The notes under the pieces were generated by a model. The model was not told where the DNA came from and searched no databases. It was given only the letters and a program-made list of their open reading frames with translations. Positions 61,283 to 64,000 of a stretch of 64,000 nucleotides of DNA are shown piece by piece (the stretch's first letter is position 1; the number at the start of each line of letters is the position of its first letter). This DNA is from Gammaproteobacteria bacterium (GTDB taxonomy: Bacteria > Pseudomonadota > Gammaproteobacteria > Ga0077536), in assembly GCA_963662545.2 (NCBI GenBank), contig CAXXLL010000002.1, forward strand, positions 1,600,001-1,664,000. Direction: 5' to 3'. The translations under genes and the position numbers were made by a program.

Positions 61283-63331
61283 ATGAGCTACCGATTGGGC
61301 GCCGACGTCGGCGGTACATTTACGGACCTGTTGCTCGTCAACGAGCAAACGGGTGAGATCGCGGCCGCCAAGGTACCGTCGACACCGGCGGACCCCTCGA
61401 TCGGCGTTCTGCAGGGCATAGAGCGCGTGTGCAAGGCGGCGGGGGTGGCGCCCTCCGACATCACCCATGTCATGCACGGGACCACGGTGGCAACCAATAC
61501 CATGCTGACCGGGACCGGCGCGCGCGTGGGGCTCGTGACCACCAAGGGTTATCGACAGGTCCTGCAGATCGCCCGCTCCTTCGTTCCGGGCGGCCTCGGC
61601 GGCTGGGTCATTTATAACCAATCTGATCCAATAGCGCCGTTGGAGCTGACCATCGAGGCGGATGAACGGATGGGAGCGGACGGCAGGGTCGTTCGAGACC
61701 TCGACGAGGCCGCTCTGGCTGCGGACCTTGCAGGCCTCGGCCGTGAAGGCGTTGAGGCGCTGACGGTCAGCCTGATCAATTCGTACACCAACGGCAGCCA
61801 TGAAGTGCGGGTGCGCGAGATTGCGATGGAGGCTTTGCCCGGGATACCGGTGTCGCTGTCGTCATTGGTGATTCCCGAAATGCAGGAATACGAGCGCACG
61901 GTCACGACGGTCGCGAATTCCTACGTACGTCCCAAGGTTGAGGTCTATCTCAAAAACCTGGAACGGGAACTCGCGGTCAAGATGGGTCGGGTTAAGCTCA
62001 ATATCCTGCGCTCCGACGGTGGTCTGGCCTCGGCCGAAGCCGCCGCCAATTATCCGGTAAACATGCTCATGAGCGGCCCCGCGGGCGGCGTTGCAGGTGC
62101 GATCTGGGTCGCGCGTAATGCGGGCTTTGATGATCTGTTAACGCTCGACATGGGCGGCACCTCGACGGATGTCGCGCTGGTCCAGGACGGTGTCGCGCAA
62201 ATCAGGCGCGAGACCACCGTCGGTGATGTCACCGTACGCGCTTCTTCGATTGACGTGAGGTCCGTGGGCGCGGGCGGCGGCTCGATTGCGCACGTCCCCG
62301 AATTAACCGGTGCGTTGCGGGTCGGTCCGCAAAGCGCCGGTGCGGATCCCGGTCCGGCCGCTTACAATCGTGGAGGTACGGAGCCGACCGTCACGGACGC
62401 GAACCTCGTACTCGGCTACCTGCCGGGTGTCGCTAAGCTGGGCGGTGATATGGCGATCGACGTCGACAGCGCACGCGCTGCCGTAACCCGGATCGCCAAA
62501 GCCATGGATCTGCCGGTCGAACGCGCCGCAGCAGGTATCTACGACATCGTCAACGAAAACATGTTCGGCGCTTTGCGCCTGGTATCGGTCGAAAAGGGCT
62601 ATGACCCGCGCAATTTCGCGCTGATCGCCTTCGGTGGAGCCGGCCCATTGCACGCGAACGCTTTAGGGCGTCTGATGGGCTCCTGGCCGGTGATCATTCC
62701 GCCGGGTCCCGGAGTCCTCTGTGCTTATGGCGATGCCACGACGCGGTTGCGCGACGAGGCTTCCCGGACCTTCATCCGCCGCTTTTCCGAGACGAACGCC
62801 ACGGCGCTGCGCGATGCCTTGCTCGAGTTGGAACGGGTTGCAGCGGCCGCTTTACGTGCGGAAGGTGTCGACGCTCGGGAGCAGATCACGAGCTACCAGG
62901 TCGACCTGCGCTACCATGGCCAGGGACTGTTACTGACAGTTGATATTGAACTCGACGACCTCGCGGATGGCTTGGACGTCCTGGCCGCGCGATTCGACGC
63001 GATGCACGAACAACTCTTCACCTTCGCGCTGCCGGCGGAGAAGGAAATCGTGAATTTGCGCAGCGTGGCGCTGGGCAGCGCTCCGAGCGTGAAGGCGCAG
63101 CAACTTGCGCGCGGTGCCGATCCGGAAAGTGCGGTCTATGAACGCCAGGCGGTGTTCGTTGGCGGCGAATGGCTGGACACGAAGATCTATGATCGCGCTC
63201 GAATCGGCAGCGGGGCAAAAATATCCGGCCCCGCGATCGTGACTGAAATGGATGCGACCACGCTGATCCTCCCGGGTCACCTCGGCACCGTCGACGACTT
63301 CGGAAATATCCTGATTACACCGGAGCCCTAA
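61283..63331 (+). CDS. Hydantoinase A / oxoprolinase family protein
   Basis: GADVGGTFTD, HGTTVATN, SGPAGG, DMGGTSTD. Confidence 0.95.
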   Translation: MSYRLGADVGGTFTDLLLVNEQTGEIAAAKVPSTPADPSIGVLQGIERVCKAAGVAPSDITHVMHGTTVATNTMLTGTGARVGLVTTKGYRQVLQIARSFVPGGLGGWVIYNQSDPIAPLELTIEADERMGADGRVVRDLDEAALAADLAGLGREGVEALTVSLINSYTNGSHEVRVREIAMEALPGIPVSLSSLVIPEMQEYERTVTTVANSYVRPKVEVYLKNLERELAVKMGRVKLNILRSDGGLASAEAAANYPVNMLMSGPAGGVAGAIWVARNAGFDDLLTLDMGGTSTDVALVQDGVAQIRRETTVGDVTVRASSIDVRSVGAGGGSIAHVPELTGALRVGPQSAGADPGPAAYNRGGTEPTVTDANLVLGYLPGVAKLGGDMAIDVDSARAAVTRIAKAMDLPVERAAAGIYDIVNENMFGALRLVSVEKGYDPRNFALIAFGGAGPLHANALGRLMGSWPVIIPPGPGVLCAYGDATTRLRDEASRTFIRRFSETNATALRDALLELERVAAAALRAEGVDAREQITSYQVDLRYHGQGLLLTVDIELDDLADGLDVLAARFDAMHEQLFTFALPAEKEIVNLRSVALGSAPSVKAQQLARGADPESAVYERQAVFVGGEWLDTKIYDRARIGSGAKISGPAIVTEMDATTLILPGHLGTVDDFGNILITPEP

Positions 63332-63340
63332 GGAGGACAC

Positions 63341-64000
63341 ATGGCCGCGCGTTTGATCGAAACCAACGATACCCCGCTCGAGCAGGTCGAGGTCGACGCG
63401 GTCACGCTAGACATCATCGAGAACGCACTTAAGAACGCGCGTTTCGAAATGGATGCCGTCCTGTTCCGCACGGCCATGTCGCCGGGCATCAGGGAGCAGC
63501 ACGACGAATTCCCCATGATTGCGAACCGCGACGGCAAGATGGTCGTCGGTCAATTCGGATCCTTTATTCACGGTTTTTCCCAGGGTTACGAGGGTACCAT
63601 CGAGGACGGCGACATTTTCCTCACGACCGATCCCTACGCTTGCAATGGTGCGATCAGTCACGCCAACGACTGGCTCGTACTGATGCCGATCTTCAAGGAC
63701 GGCCGACTGATCGCGTGGACGGCCATGTTCGGCCACATGACCGACATCGGTGGCAAGGTGCCAGGCAGCCTGCCGACCGATGCGCGCCAAATTTACGAAG
63801 AAGGCATCGTCGTACCGCCGATCAAGATTTACCGAGCCGGCGTCCTGCAGGACGATTTGCTCAAACTCATTCTTCACAACTGCCGGCTGCCGCATTGGAA
63901 CCACAGCGACTTCAACGCGATCATCGCCGCCTGCCGCACGGCGGCGAAGCGATGTGTCGAACTGACCGAACGGTTCGGCGACGACATTTTTTATTCTGCA
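63341..64000 (+). CDS. Hydantoinase B / oxoprolinase family protein (partial)
   Basis: AGGAGG RBS; RTAMSPGIREQ, TDPY..GA.SH..D, GH.TDIGG..PGS; runs off the window edge. Confidence 0.92.
   Translation, partial: MAARLIETNDTPLEQVEVDAVTLDIIENALKNARFEMDAVLFRTAMSPGIREQHDEFPMIANRDGKMVVGQFGSFIHGFSQGYEGTIEDGDIFLTTDPYACNGAISHANDWLVLMPIFKDGRLIAWTAMFGHMTDIGGKVPGSLPTDARQIYEEGIVVPPIKIYRAGVLQDDLLKLILHNCRLPHWNHSDFNAIIAACRTAAKRCVELTERFGDDIFYSA

Overview
High-GC, probably proteobacterial chromosomal window. The flanks (about 1-8.6 kb and 42.3-64 kb) are ordinary, gene-dense redox and catabolic DNA: a TPP riboswitch with thiC, GSTs, luciferase-like monooxygenases, cysK, an SrkA-like kinase and two hydantoinase/oxoprolinase loci. 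They include a peroxiredoxin-like gene with an in-frame UGA at the first position of its CxxC motif and a SECIS-like hairpin, so probably a selenoprotein. The middle (about 9.1-42.2 kb) is an accessory region divided by about 11 co-oriented copies, complete or partial, of a ~141-bp tripartite site. Each full site has three imperfect GTCCGCT-N10/11-AGCGGNC palindromes (A, B, C) separated by 33-nt and 35-nt linkers, and the sites separate blocks of roughly 1-5 unrelated cargo genes. Most mobile elements in this region sit inside these sites: an IS1182, five IS1182-type MITEs, an RT-less group II intron, a tyrosine-recombinase plus IS91-transposase element and an IS4, and an IS6 end abuts a truncated copy. 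This looks like a non-attC, integron-like cassette or recombination-site array and is the main candidate for an undescribed system. All calls come from reading the sequence; no database searches were run.
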